Both the position numbers and the translations under genes were made by a program. This document shows, in pieces, positions 13,295 to 26,994 of a stretch of DNA of 64,000 bases; position 1 is the first letter of the stretch; each line of letters starts with the position of its first letter. Origin of the DNA: Octopus sinensis (taxonomy: Eukaryota); NCBI RefSeq assembly GCF_006345805.1, contig NC_042997.1, positions 159,712,001 to 159,776,000 on the forward strand, given 5' to 3'. The notes beneath the pieces are model-generated. The model was not told the DNA's origin. It did not search any database and saw nothing but the letters and a program-made list of their open reading frames with translations.

Positions 13295-13830
13295 GTTGTA
13301 CAACCAACATAAATCAAGTTGTTTTTCGTGCATTCTGCCGCGTACATCAAATGAGAATCTCTACATATATCCACCGCCGCTCCAATCGTCCACATCATAT
13401 TAATCGGTCAAATCCGAAATACCAATTTTTGAGGATAAAACGGATTTGTACTGACATAGGGGATTACTGGAAACATGCAAATACTTTTGTATATCATTAT
13501 GCCAAACGTGGTTACAGTGAATCACGATTAAAGGAAATAGCAAATGAATTATCTGAGATTAGCAAAGAGAGTCAAACCTTCACGCATAATTTTAGCAAAC
13601 ACAATCAATAGATGGCAGAATTCATTCAGTGATTAACTGGCACCGAAATTTCGCTGGCATTTCAAAAGAGTTGCATGAAAATTACCAGCATGTGGCGAAA
13701 AAATATCCTTGTTTCAAACAGATATTTCCTCAGCCACCTATTGTAGCCTTCAGACCGAAGAAGAATATAAGAAAATTATTGATAGAGATATTATTATTTC
13801 TAATTCTCTCTAAAGGAGACTAGGGCAACT
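13295..13830 (+). mobile_element. Penelope-like element, RT C-terminal/linker fragment
   Basis: YIHRRSNRPHHINRSNPKYQFLRIKRICT...RGYSES and KQIFPQPPIVAFR, typical of the post-RT region of PLEs. Confidence 0.75.
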
Positions 13831-14389
13831 GTAATGTATATTAATAGTTATCGCCAAGCTAATATGGCAGTCCAGAAAAATTGGACGAATGCTGCCGTTG
13901 ATTAGCTCCAAGAGGTCATCGCCTCTAGCTAGCTATGTGACACAAACCTGTGTCCATTAAAACCTTCGAACAGGGGAAGTCAGCAGCTTCTCCTTGCAGC
14001 TTCATCCACAGAATAGTTTCGAGGTGTTTGCCTTTTATCAATGTGGTGTAGCCGAACCCAGCAATTCTCTTTATTACGATAAAAACAATCAAACATAGAA
14101 GGAACAACAGAGGACACTACAAACATTTAAAAGGGTTATTTAGCGATTTTTTAATGAAAATAAATAAAAATGACTTATATAATAGGTTTTTTTTAAATTT
14201 TGATGTTCCTTCTTTTTAGCTTTTTTAAGTTCCAATTTTTTTTTAAAGTTCCAACGGCTACACCTTTTCTTTTTACCATGGATGAGTTAAGTAGGAGCAC
14301 TCACTCCCAACTTCCTTACCACATCTTTCTATCTTTCTTCATATGCTCTTTTTGAAAGGTGCCTTCTCTCCAGCCCTATCTTGCTTTTC

Positions 14390-17300
14390 AGGTGGTACCT
14401 GTAGTAATATAGGATTCCAGAGCCGGAGATGAAGGTCCTGACGTCAAACCTTGCATTCTAGTTCTCCATGCACACTCTTTCATAACTGCGACTGTACATA
14501 GAAAACAAGCCTCACCTTCCTTAGATAATCCGGTGGGCGGTACATTCTTAATAACAAACTCAGCTGATAGCTGTACTCTTCCTAAATGTGACAACACGTG
14601 TTCTACGTAAATTGTCATCTCCGAAAGCTGGGTGCATTGTACAAGAGCGTGCAGGATAGATTCCTTATCCTGCCCGCATCTTGGACATTCGGGTGGCACT
14701 GAAATCCCGTGCCTAGACAATTTCTCGCAAACAGGTGACGCGTTCCTGAAACACTGCCAGGTCAGGAATCTTTGGTAATTGTCCAAATACCCTACCCCGA
14801 AAGTGTTCCGAAACCGGTTGGATAGCTGGTCCTTATCGAGTCCCAGAGTCTCTCCTAGAACGTCGTCACTTTTAAACTCTACCAACCCTTTGTAAAATGC
14901 AGAGGTGGTATTTTCGCTGCCGGCCTTACCCGCCTTGAAGATTAGTGCAAGCGCCTGCCGACATTCCTTTTGCCATTCAGTCGTGTTTTGTCTTTTAATC
15001 AAACCAGGTTTAAATTCCTCCAGGGAGGCTGGTCGTGGAAAGAATTCCCCTGCGAGCGAATTCCACACCTGACTACCATCCAGGTGAAGCCAGAGATGCC
15101 TTAGTCTCAGTGCATGTTTGCACATCAGCAGCCACGGCATCCCTAGGCCACTCTTTGACAGCACACGGAGCGCCTCACAAGCGGCTTTCCCCTCCATAAA
15201 AAGCGGAGGAGAGCTCGAACCAGCTTGTTTAGCCACAAATCGGGGCAAGGAACGACGGTCAGGCGGTAACAGACGCAATAAACGTCTGCACCACCTCCAC
15301 CCTCCTTTCAAGGACAGCGCTGTCTGGACCAGGTCCGGGTTAGCGCTTCTCTCTTGTTCGTCACCTCACTCCAAATCTTCTCCGTCTGGGAGCCTGGACC
15401 AAATCAGACTCCAAGCAACTTAACAGGACCATCCGTCCTGTGCCCCACGACACTGGACGTCATCGGCTTGCTGCTCCAGGTACCGAGCCGTTAACTTTTG
15501 CTCCTGCCACCGTCTCGTATTTTCTGATTGCCTCCGCTACACGAAGTAGCTGAGTCATCTTAGATGCGGTGATGGTGACGTCATCCGCCTATGCAGAGAC
15601 ACTCTTACCACATCCGATTTCATTAGTGGTGCTTCCCAACTTCTCCAACTTCCGCAGCAATGGCTCGAGAGTCAGTACATACCGAAGCGGAGACAAAGGG
15701 CACCTTTGACGAACTGAACGCTTGATTTCGAACGGTTCCGACAGGAAAGCGTTCAACTGAACTGTGGGTTTGATGCCGTCGTAAATGGCCTTGATCCAAC
15801 GGCGGAATACTGGGCCCAGCCCAGCCGCCCCAAGGACTGCCGCCAGATACCGATGGTAAACCCTATCGAAGGCTTTACTCTGGTCTAAATGGACCAGCGC
15901 CCCACCTTTACCAGAAACTTTACCCACCCTGTCTAAGGTGTAGCATAAGAGATGAAGATTCTTCTGGATCGACCTGCCAGGCATGGCAAATGTTTGCGCA
16001 TTCCCGACAAGTTTCTCCGCGACAACCGTCAACCTTTTTGCTAGCTCCTTGGCCAAAATCTTTAACTCTACATTTAGGGTCTTTTCTGACCAGTGTTACC
16101 ACTCCCCGACTCACAGAACTGGGATTTCTCCCATTCTGCTGCCAGCTCGTGTACACGCAAGCCAGCATGTGTCCGAACAAGTCCGGCATACTACTGTAAA
16201 ACTCGTAGGGCAGACCATCCAGCCCTGGCGACTTGTCCCAAGCACATTCGGCCAGCACCTCTTCGACCTCCGCAGCCGTGATAGACCCTTCACAGCACCT
16301 CGGCTCACTCGCCGAGAGTCGCGGTCTGTCGGCCAGGAATTCCCTTAAGGGCTCTCCATGGTCCAACGCCTCGCTCGTCCCAAACAATCGGGCGAAATGT
16401 TGATGAAAGGCCTTCTGCATCTCCTCTTGTCCTTCGATCAAGCTACCCTGTTCGTCAATTAAAGACTGTACAACGGCTTCTCTGCCTCTCCGACTCTCCA
16501 CACGACGGGCCAATCCAGCAACGTCAATGCCTTCTCTGCCCACCGCGCGTAACTTAGCCCTGACTCTACACCCTTCATGTTTGGCTTGGGGGTGCCGGAA
16601 TAATACCGTTTTCGCCGCCAACACTCTGGATGCAGAGCCTGATGCTATGGCCTCCTCTAATTCCTTAGTTAACTGCCCTTCTAATCTAGTTCCCTCTAAA
16701 TTTAGCTCTTTACTAAATCTAAGTGACTCTAAACGAATGGCTCGTTTGAGGGCGCATCACCATATGTTGTTTACGACAGCTCCGCATAATGCCCTCTGTA
16801 CTAACTCCTTAACTCTGGTACGGAAGACTTTACTAGTCAAAATAGACTTGTTCTACTTCCAGTCCCCGGGTCCCTGTCTATGACACTTAGCTAACTGCAC
16901 CTCACACGTCACAATTGTGTGATCCGTGTAAGAGTCACAGTGAAAATGTGGACAACTACCTATATCTCTGTCAATATCTTTTATTATAACCCTATCTAAG
17001 TAAGACCTGGGTGAACCATCGTTATTAGACCACGTCCACTGTGAAACGAGCGGTTCATCCAGTCTGTAGCGCTCTACTAGTTTATACCTCGCTAGTAGCC
17101 TTTTTAGGCCAGGGCTTCCTTTTCTATTATTCGAGCCTACACTATCCACGTTGAGAATAGTGTTGAAGTCTCCTGTTAAAACTAAAGTTTTCGACGTCAT
17201 TAGGAAATTCTCAAAGTCCTTAATAAAGACCGTTTGACTATCCTCTTTTGGAGCATAGACTGCCACCAACCTGAAGGACTGCTTACTCACATGTGCCACA

Positions 17301-18045
17301 TCTAGAACGACCAGCCTACCTTCTGGGTCTAGAAAGACTGTACTTACCTGTACGTCCAAGCTTTTTTTGACCAGCACCACAACGCCCCTACTCCTTCCTT
17401 GACTCGGAGAAATAAACTTCTCGTAGGCATTCTGAAGAGGAGAGAACGCCTGTGGCCCGTTCAGCTTGGACTCAGTCACTACACATATATCTATCTTCCG
17501 TGACCTGAGGTCGTCTAGGAAGCTTGTATGCTTCCATTTCGAACCCAGACCACGCACATTTATACACCCTAACTTAATCATCGTGATAAAAATTATTGTT
17601 GTTTACCTTGTTTTTCTTTTAGGTTTGAGGGAGGGGCTTCACGACTTTCGTCTTCCCCTCCTCCAGTATCTTTTCCATCTGGTGTAGCCATTGGTACTAA
17701 AATAATTTTAGCAGTGTAAGGTGGGGAGTCAGAGCCAAGGGATTTTTTCCTTTTATGAGTTACTACTGCATACTCCATTTGTTCTGTTGTTTCTTTCTCT
17801 TTTTCTGTTTCTTTTGGTTTCTCTTTTTCTTGACTTTTTTTGGTTTTACTTGTTTCTTCCGCCGATTTGATTTTTTCTTCTTTCGCATTTTTTTCCAGTT
17901 GGGGAGGGAGCACTTCTTTCTTCTGCGTCAGCTTTTTTACTTTCTCGCACTCGGAGCGACGTGATCTTTCTCACCACATTTGTAACATCTAGGCCGCCGC
18001 CGTCCCTCCACCGACACTCTCGCGCTCAACAATCCCTTATGAAAA
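14390..18045 (-). mobile_element. Tx1/L1-type LINE, decayed, with ORF1 end, APE endonuclease and RT
   Basis: 16853-17581 reads CINVRGL...VVTESKL...GDFNTIL...SYLDRV..DHT (APE). RT pieces include HLDQSKAFDRV and SVRQRCPLSPL. C-terminal C..CGQDKESILHAL. Lys/Glu-rich ORF1 tail at 17593-17913 and a frameshifted CYKCGEKDHV knuckle near 17960-18000. Confidence 0.88.
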
Positions 18046-18072
18046 TTCTGTCTGGTCTATTATTATTATTAT

Positions 18073-21000
18073 TCATTGGTTTTATTTTTATAGCGTGCTT
18101 TCACTTTACGACCGATCGCAGCCCTGTGTACCTTGGGTATGTGCTGTGATTTGTTGTGATGCTCTGATGGTTACTGTATTAAAAGTGTTCTGCGTAGGAT
18201 ATGTGCAGTGCCTAGTAGTGCAATTTTCTGTATGTTATATATATTTGCAAGTCCTGGGTTTTTTGTTATGTATTTGTTTGAATATTTTTTATTATACCTA
18301 ATGCGCCTACTATGATAGGAATTGTTTCTGTTTTTAGATGCCACATTCGAGTTACCTTTATTTCAAGGTCTTTGTATTTTGAAAGTTTCTCCATTATTTT
18401 TGGAGACACGTTGTGCTGGTATTGATACATTAATTAGAAAGCAATTTTTCTTCCTGATCTCTGACAACTATGTCTGGTCTATTGTCCTTAATTTCTCTAT
18501 CTGTGTGTATTGGCATATCCCAGAGGATGGTTGCTTTCTCGTTTTCTGTAACCTTTTCTGGTGTGTGCATATACCATCTTTTTTCTGTTGTTATTCCATA
18601 GTGTTGGCATAGCTTCCAGTGTATGTGAGTCCAAACTCTGTCGTGTCTGTGAATATATCCCTTCTTAGCCAGGACTGGGCTCTACCACCTTCCATACGTT
18701 TTATATATACAGCCAGAAATAGTATGATTTATTTTTTCTTGTCTATCTCCACATATTCTGCAGTTACGTGTTACGTTTCATTTCATTATATGTTTTAGGT
18801 AATTTCTGGTGGGGAGGCTTTGGTCTTGTGCTGCAATTAAAAATCCTTCCGTTCTGCTTTGAGTCCTGAGCTTCTCAACAAATGCTGGGATTTTTCTCTG
18901 TCTATTTCTTTTGCATTTGGTTTAGTCCAGTATTTGCCATGAAGGGGCTTTTCTTGCCATCGTTTACCATGGTTCGTTGCTGTTCTAGTTTTAGTTTGTA
19001 TTTCATTTGTTTTATAGCTAATGTTGTTTCTTCTTCTTCATATTTGTTAGGTAGTATGATTTCTTGTTTGTATTTGTCAGCTTCCTTAAATACTGAGAAC
19101 AGTATTTTGTTTTGTTCGTGTTTTGCCGCTATTTGTATCAGTTTTCCTCTTTTCTGAAGTAGATATTTTTGTAGTCCTATAGTGGTTATTTTATAATAGT
19201 ATAAGGCCTCTACCACCTTCTATACGTTGTATATATAGACTTTCTATGTCAGATTTGGGTGATGCATCCTAGATCCTGTCATTATTTTTTTTTCGTTTTC
19301 CTGTCTATTTTGGTTAGTTCATTTAGTGTCCAGTTAAGGATATTGTAGCTGTATCTTGTAGCTAAAGTGTTAATGCCTATTATCTTGTTTTTATCATTGA
19401 GCTCTGTTTTTAGTATTCTGCTTTATTTTCTCTTTCATTTTTGTGTGTTGTATCATATCTAGTTCATGGATTCCTAAATATTTGTATGTTTCGCTTTGGT
19501 CTAATTCTCTTATTTCATTGGCATTATCTAGTGTTATGTTGCTACTCTTAACTAGTTTCAGAGTTGCTTTGGCGCATTTTTCTAATTCAAATTTCATATC
19601 TATTTCTTTGGTAAGTCCATGTTCTGTCTGTAGTAGTATTTCCAGCTGTTTGTCATTTGTAGCGTATAATTTTATGCCATCCATATATAAAAGGTGGTTG
19701 TTTGTTTCGCCGTAACATTTGTATCCGCATCCAGTTCTATTTAGCATATCAGATAGAGGTGTCAGTGCCAAGCAGAAAAGGAGATGGGGATGGCTTTGGT
19801 TTTCACGAGTCCCTCTTTTGTTTGGAGCTGTAGCACTGTCTGCCATTTATTCATAGAGTGTCTCATGTATTTTGTAATTATTGGTGCTACCTTGTTAATG
19901 GTTATTGTTTCGAGGATCCATGTGTGGTGAATGCTATCAAAAGCCTTTTGGCAGTCGATCCATGCCATACTGAGGCCTTTCTTCTTTCTGTGGCTGTCTT
20001 CAGTTATGTCTCTATCGGTCATTAGTTGATCTTTACAGCCATATGAGCCCTTGCAGCATCCCTTCTTCTCTTCTGGAAACAGGTTGTTTTCGTCCAGATG
20101 CCTGTTCAATCTTTGCGATATTACTACAGTAAAGGCTTTGTACATTGTAGGGAGACAGGCTATAGGTCTGTAGTTTTGTGGTTTTGCCGTTTCATTGGAT
20201 TTGGGAATTAGGATGGTTTTCCCTTTGTGAGCCATTTAGACATTGTCTCTGGCTCTGCCAGTATGTCGTTAAAGTTTTCAGCCAGCTTTTTGTGTATTCT
20301 TGTCAGATATTTTAACCAGAATTTGGGGATCTTGTGGTGCCCAGGTGCGTTCCAGTTGCTTAGTGTTTGCAGTGCCTGGGTGACCTCTTCATTTGTTATG
20401 GGGTCCAGAGTTGCTCAGGTGCTAAGTTTGTTGTTTTAATACTCATTTTCTGTGATTGCTCATTTCTTTCTAACATTCTTCCACTTCTTCTGCCGTTGGT
20501 GCTGCAGTGATGTCTATTTTATTTTTGCCTAGTTCTTGGTAGAACTTGTTAGGGTTGGAGTTGAACTGTTTGTTTTGTTGAAAGAAACGTTGGCGTTTCT
20601 CATACCGGCGGATCCTTTGTGCTTTGGCAAGGATATCTTGCTTTACTTTTCTTTTATCTCAGGTAAATCTTTTCATGTGATGTATTTGCACAGTAGTTTT
20701 GTTTTTTTCTTGTTGCTTAGTAGCGTTGATTGTCTACTAATTTCGTTCAGAATCGACAGATCTTTTCACTTTTTTGTATTCTTTGATGCTATTTATCCAC
20801 AGGGTTTGTTTGGGTGGTAGTACACCTGTTTTGATGGGTTTGAGGGAGTATCCAGCTTCTTTTGTGGCTGCACTAGCTGATGCATATATTATGTCATTTA
20901 GCTCAGGGATTTGTTTCTGTGGCTATCAGTTCCGTGACAGCCAGGTTTATGCTATTTATTATTGATGTTGTTTTATTGTCTATTTTTTTGGGAGGTATGG

Positions 21001-21640
21001 TCGGTGGTCCAGTCTGAGATCCGTGGTTTTCAGTTCTTTGATTACTCTCATTTTTATAGTATCATAGTCATTGGGTTCCCCTTCGTTGTTTCCAGGTTTT
21101 AGATTTGTTTCGCTTTCCTTCTCATTCATATATTTGTCTATCGTGTTCTGGTTTGGTGCTTTTTGTACATTATTATACATCTCTGCGGTCTGGGTTTGTT
21201 GTTTTTTGTTTAATTCGTTTTTGTTACGTTTGTCTTCGAGTTTTACTATCTCAGTGTTTATATTATTTGGCATTGTTGTGTGGCTTCTATCTATATTTTT
21301 CTGATGTATTTTTCCTTTTAAATGTTCTATTTCTATTTCTGATATTTTTTTGCGCTGAGAATATATCTTCGTATGTTAGCTAGTTTATTAGGGTTCATTA
21401 CTGTATCCAAGTCTTTATTTAGGTCATTCTTCTTCCATATTTTATATGTATGTGTCCATTTATGCCTTTTTGGTTTTATTTGCGGTATATGAGGAACAAC
21501 GTCCGGCCCTTTATTTTGACGGTCATCATTTTCGTAGGGTAACGCGTCCGTACATTTCTGCTGTCAAATTGTTTTGCACGTGTAGTTTTTCGTACTTTTT
21601 GTGTAACAAGTCTAAAGTACGCACTTCCCGATTGTTATTC
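18073..21640 (-). mobile_element. Dong/R4-clade LINE family A, long decayed copy
   Basis: Reverse-complement homolog of 5897-8893 that extends further 5'. Its 3' UTR (GCACGCTATAAAAATAAAAC) abuts (TTA)n at about 18058-18072. Confidence 0.88.
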
Positions 21641-21798
21641 TTGGAATACCCATTGGTACGTGTGTTTCTGGTCAACATCAGCTTGTTTGCTACGAGCCAC
21701 ATACTTGCCATGCAGAGGTTTCTGTTCCCATCTGCTAGCTAACTTTTCATGCGTTTTTATTATTATTATTATTATTATTACTATTATTATTATTATTA

Positions 21799-21875
<77 letters not shown>

Positions 21876-21896
21876 GATTATTATTATTATTATTTA

Positions 21897-23790
21897 AGAC
21901 GTCGAACAGTATCCAGTATCCTAATGTTGTTCATTGGAGATATTGTGTCTACCGGGGTTTTGTACTGACTGTCAAGTCACAAGGACCTCAGACAAATATC
22001 ACTTTACGCAATATTCGTGCAGTTCTAAGTAATGCCGATTTTTGCAATACACCTAGATCGTAGGGTATTTCTGATGTTTCCACATGCTTCTTCAACTTGG
22101 GCAGTATTGAAACTAGTGCTTTAATGACAACAGGGACAGCCTCTATGTTTGACTCTCGTAACTGCCACACCTTTGCGAAATCAATTCTTAGGTCTCAATA
22201 TTTATCAATCGTTTCTCTTTCATGATAGTATGTCACGTTGATTAATAGGCCCTCTTGTTTGTCCCTCTTAAAGGTTACTATTCCGGGACCTCGGTGCTCT
22301 AAAATCTTGCTTGTCTGGAAATCAATGTCCCAGAGGATTTTTGCCTTCCCTTATTCGTCCATTACTTTTTCCGGTGTATGCACCTATTACCTCGTATCCA
22401 CACTTCCGGCATAGTAGCCAATGGCGGTTTTGATGTTCCTTGTCGTGTCTGTGCTTGTACTGTTTCTGAACAAGATTTTCACAAGCACTAACTATGTGAG
22501 TCACGCTTTCGACCCTCTTCCCGCACATTCTGCAGATGTCCATTGCACTTGTGTGATCTATATCAATTTTCACTGAGTTGATATTCAATGCCTGATCCTG
22601 GGTAGCTATAATTGGGCTTTCAGTTTTTTTTTAGGTGACCCTTGCTGAGCCACCTCCATGATGCTTCTTGGTCTTTTAAGTAGTTAGTTCGATAGTGGAA
22701 CTGTAATTCCATGCGGTATAGGGTTCCTTTTCCCTATCGTTGGCCGTTCGTGATTGGAATTCATGAGCGCTCTCAGGCTCATTTTTGGTAAATCCTTCTG
22801 CATTAGCAGCATAGTATAGCAAGTCTTGTTTTTATTTACAAAATATTTCTGCCATGGTACTTATTTTCACTTTGGTGCACTCATCCCACATCCACTTTTA
22901 CACCTCTTCGCGTACAGCCTCTGTAAATTCGCTTTAGGTTGGAGGGCACCATGCATTATCATTGTTTTCGGGTAGTGTGATCGAGTTTGTGAATCTCCGC
23001 TTGTGTCTATCTCAGGATGGGTGCACTTTAGAGGACTACAGCAATTGCCCATATGTCGATGGCAGTCAGAAGTTTCCTTGAGCTGAGTTTTGATTTCAAA
23101 AGAAGTTTGGGGTGCTTCGAATATGTAGTGATGATTTTGTCTTTTATTTCTCTGTGCAAGATATTGTCCAGCACCAGGATCCCAAGGTACTTGAACCCAT
23201 CATCAATTGGGTATTCAATTCTCTCTCCTTTGGGCAATCCTATGCCCCTACAATCTCTCTTTTCTCTCGTTTCTAAGTGAGCACTGCAAACTTCGAGATG
23301 CTGAATTTCATCCCTATATCCTTGCTGAACATCTGCAGTCTCAACCAGCCTCTCCCTTTCAGGCTCTGTTTTTGCGAACAGCCTGGAAATCTAGAGTCAA
23401 TAAAATCTTGGAAGACCTGTTTTACAGCATCGTGGGAATTATTTTTTCTCCTGTCAAAAAGTTAATCAAATTCTGGAAGAAGTGGTAGTCAGTGGGGGAA
23501 AGATCAGATGAGTATGGAGGATGATGGAGACCTTCCAACTCCAAATCCAGTAGTTTCGGCAATGTCATTTTTGTGATGTGTGGTCTGGCGTTGTCCTGCA
23601 ATAAAACAGAAGTGGATCTGTTGACTAATTTATGCTGTTTTTTATAAGTTTCTGCATCATTTGGTCCAGTTGGCTGCAGTATAGTTTGGCTGTGATTGAT
23701 GAGCCAGGTTTAATAATATCATAATAAATGACATCTGCGCCAGACCACCAAACACACACCATTAGCTTGATGGATTTTACTTTTTGGAGT
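21897..23790 (-). mobile_element. Dong/R4-like LINE, divergent family, decayed
   Basis: Fragments LQKSALLRTARILRKV, CRMCGKRVESVTHIVSAC...RHD and FKYLGIL...AIDIWA. The 3' end is next to the (TTA)n/(TCA)n tract at 21757-21893. Confidence 0.75.
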
Positions 23791-23799
23791 CTGTTTTGG

Positions 23800-24310
23800 T
23801 GGCTCGTCTTTGTTCAACCATTGTTCTGAATCTTTACGGCTGTTCTATTGGATCCATTTCCCATCACATGTTACAGTTCGATTCAAAAATTATTCATTTT
23901 TCTAACGAGCAAGTAACATAATGTAGGCTTCCAAACGTTGCTGTTTCAGATTTTCATTGAGTTCATGTGGAACCCACTTATCCATCTTTCTCACTTTACC
24001 GATTTGAAATAGCTGACTCAATAGTGTTTGCTTGCTAACACCAAATAACAACGATAATTTGCGGGCACTTTGAGAAGGATCTGGCTTTCAGTTCTTCATT
24101 ATCCACCATCGTTTCTGGTCGACCATGTTGCTCATTTGTGAGAATGAAATTTTGCAAACCAATTTGTTACTGTCTGCTGTGTAATAACATTAGAATGAAA
24201 TACTCCATTAATATTCCGAGCCGTCTGTGATGCTGTATTTCCAAGAAAAACTCATATTTCAAAACTACGAATTTCCGACTTATCCATCTCTAAACAAAGA
24301 TAGCAAAAAC
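23800..24310 (-). mobile_element. mariner transposase fragment
   Basis: Minus-strand pieces WVPHELNENLKQQRLEA and NRTVTCDGKW (WVPHEL linker and first catalytic Asp region). Decayed. Confidence 0.7.
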
Positions 24311-24429
24311 GATTTATAAATACTTTATAAAGCGCAAAATGAGTTATAATAAAGGAATAGATGTGTCAGCTTTCTTACAAAAAATAAAGGTTGTAAAAAT
24401 ATTATAATGGCGCAAAATGATCAGCTGTC

Positions 24430-26480
24430 AAAAGTTACTACATACCTTACTACAAATTTCATAATTCACGACCTACTATTTGTGAAAGTTGGCTCCAAGT
24501 CTCACCCAGAGACCTCAAGAGATAACAAGTTACGAGTTCATGTTGGTGTCATGCCTAGAGTGTCATATAATATTGTAATTGAGAATGTTTAAAAAAACAT
24601 ATGACAGTTATGAATCTGTTTTAAAGTTTGAGATTGATTTTACGTACGATATGGGCAGATCCCATGAGCATTACCCTTTGAATTTCTGCCATTTTGGTAT
24701 CTGAGCTAGGTAAGACTCAGTCCCTTTTACTATCATTCTTAGGGCACCTATGATAACAGGTATTGCACAATTTGTTGTAGATCTTGACAGATACAATTAT
24801 GTCAATTGGGACAGTCATATCAATGAGGAAGCTTGATTTTTGCCAGAAGTCTTTCAATATAATGTCTGGCCTTGAACGGTGAAGTTCAAGAGAAGTGAGA
24901 TGTGATCATTTTCAAGCACTGGAGGTGGTTTGTCGTCCCACCAGTTATTTTATCATGTGGTAGGTCCAGGTTTTTGCAAATTACCCAGTGAATATATTGT
25001 GCTGCTCTCTCATATCTGTTGAGATACGCTGTAGGCGCAGGAAGACTGCACATGGAGACAACATGGTCAACTGTTACATTTTTTGCTGACATACACGACA
25101 TGTTGAGCTACTGCCGTTCTTTAACATGTTGGCCTGGTATTTTCTTGTAGGTAGGCATTGATGTTGGGCCGCTATCATAAACTCTTCCGTTTCTGGTTTT
25201 AAGCACAAAAACACTAACCATTGATGGGCAAGGGCTTTGTCAACATCGGCACTAATAGCTCTCTTTGGGTATTTGCCATTAAGAGGTTTTTCTTGCTATT
25301 TATCAGTAAGAATATCTAGGGCAGCAGTTTAGTACGGGTTTTCATACGCTTAGCTTTTTCTGTGCGTGTTTCTAGTACATCTAATTCTGGAATTTGTTGT
25401 ATTTGGAAATCACTTAGATATTACTTCACCTGTTTTGTTACTGAGTATGATGCTTACTTACTTCATACTTTGAGACAAGTTTTAACATCCAGTCCTCAGA
25501 GTTTTTCAAGTAGTTGTCTAGGCCAATTGTGGCAATATTCATTATTAATTCCAGTTATATGAGTCCACGGCCATCCTCTTTTATTGACAGGTAAATTCCT
25601 TCTATATCTGCCTTTGTGTGGTGCATTCTATACAATGTTAAGAATTTTCGTGTTTTCTTTCAAGTTTACATATTTCAGTAATTGACCAGTTATTAATATT
25701 GAAACTGGTATTCGTAGCTCTACGCCGCTTCTAGCTCCTTTATGATATTCAGCTGGTCAAGATTAACTTTGGATGTTTCTGTCAATTTTGCTTTGATAAA
25801 GGTAGCTTTTGCACATTTCTCGAAGACAAATTGCATTCTGATGTCATCACTGAACTGAATAGTTTAACAATCGCTAGTAAGACCTCTAGTTGTGGTCATT
25901 TCCTTTTCTTGCAATGAGCTCTATATCGTCCATGTAAATGAGATGATTTATAATTTTCTAAATATAATTTTCTAAGCATAATTTTATCAAACATTTTATA
26001 GCCGTATTGTACATCATCGCGCAATTTCGAGAGAGGCATTAAGAGAAAAGGCTAAAGAAAAGAGGAGTGGTGATAGTGAGTCACTCTAGAAAATGCCACA
26101 TGAAATTCTTATATCGCCAGCATTAAGAGATTCATTGTCACTGTTCAAAATCAGTGTGGTTCACCATGATCTCATACTTACAAACAAGAGGTTTATCAGA
26201 GTAGGTGCTAATTTATACATTTCCAGACATTCCTTAATCCACCTACGCGGTAGACAATCAAAATCTTTTTTAATGTCTGCCCAGGCTATCGAGAATGTTT
26301 TGTGTCGTTAGTTACAATTTTCCAAGATCATCTTATTGGCGATTCGCTGATCTTTACAACCATAGGACCCACGCACATCCTTTCTGCTCATTATGCAATA
26401 TGCCATTTTCTATTAAAAATCTATAGGTATATTCAGTCAAATCGGATGTTAGTATTTTAGACATTGTTGTTAAGCAGGTT
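24430..26480 (-). mobile_element. Dong/R4-like LINE family B, decayed
   Basis: Homologous to 50367-51592 (3' UTR GTTGGCTCCAAGTCTCACCCAGAGACCTCAAG). Fragment VDHVVSMCSLPAPTAYLNRYERAAQYIHWVICKNL. Confidence 0.78.
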
Positions 26481-26518
26481 ATGGATGTATAATATTTGGG
26501 TTTATTTGTTTACACTCT

Positions 26519-26736
26519 CTTTACTCTTTTACTTGTTTCAGTCATTTTGATGGTGGCCATGCTGGAGTACCACCTTTGGTCGAGCAAATCGACCCCAGGG
26601 CTTATTCTTTTTTAAGCCAAGTACTTATTCTATCGATCTCTTTTACCGAACCGCTAAGGTACGGGACGTAAACACACCAGCATCGGTTGTCAAGTGATGT
26701 TGGGGGGACAAACACAGACACACAAACATATACGCA

Positions 26737-26817
<81 letters not shown>

Positions 26818-26973
26818 CGGGATTCTTTCAGTTTCTGTCTACTAAATCCATTCACAAGGTTTTGATCGGCCCGAGGCTATAGTAGAAGACACTTGCCCAA
26901 GTTGCCAGCAGTGGTACTGAACCCGAAACCATGTGGTTGGTAAGCAAGCTAAGTACCACACAGCCACTCCTAC
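26519..26973 (-). mobile_element. tRNA-derived SINE, full-length copy
   Basis: Same family as 382-750. Head AGGAGTGGCTGTGTGGTAC...GGTTTCGGGTTCAGTACC; tail GGTGGTACTCCAGCATGGCC...GACTGAAACAAGTAAAAGAG. Confidence 0.85.
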
Positions 26974-26994
26974 ACCTCATATTTTGGAAGTAGG

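Noticed and set aside
21640-21760. Possible 5' ribozyme or UTR of the long Dong copy
   Set aside because: The minus strand translates as WEQKPLHGKY...QW, a fragment of another Dong-like ORF. No HDV-like fold could be drawn.
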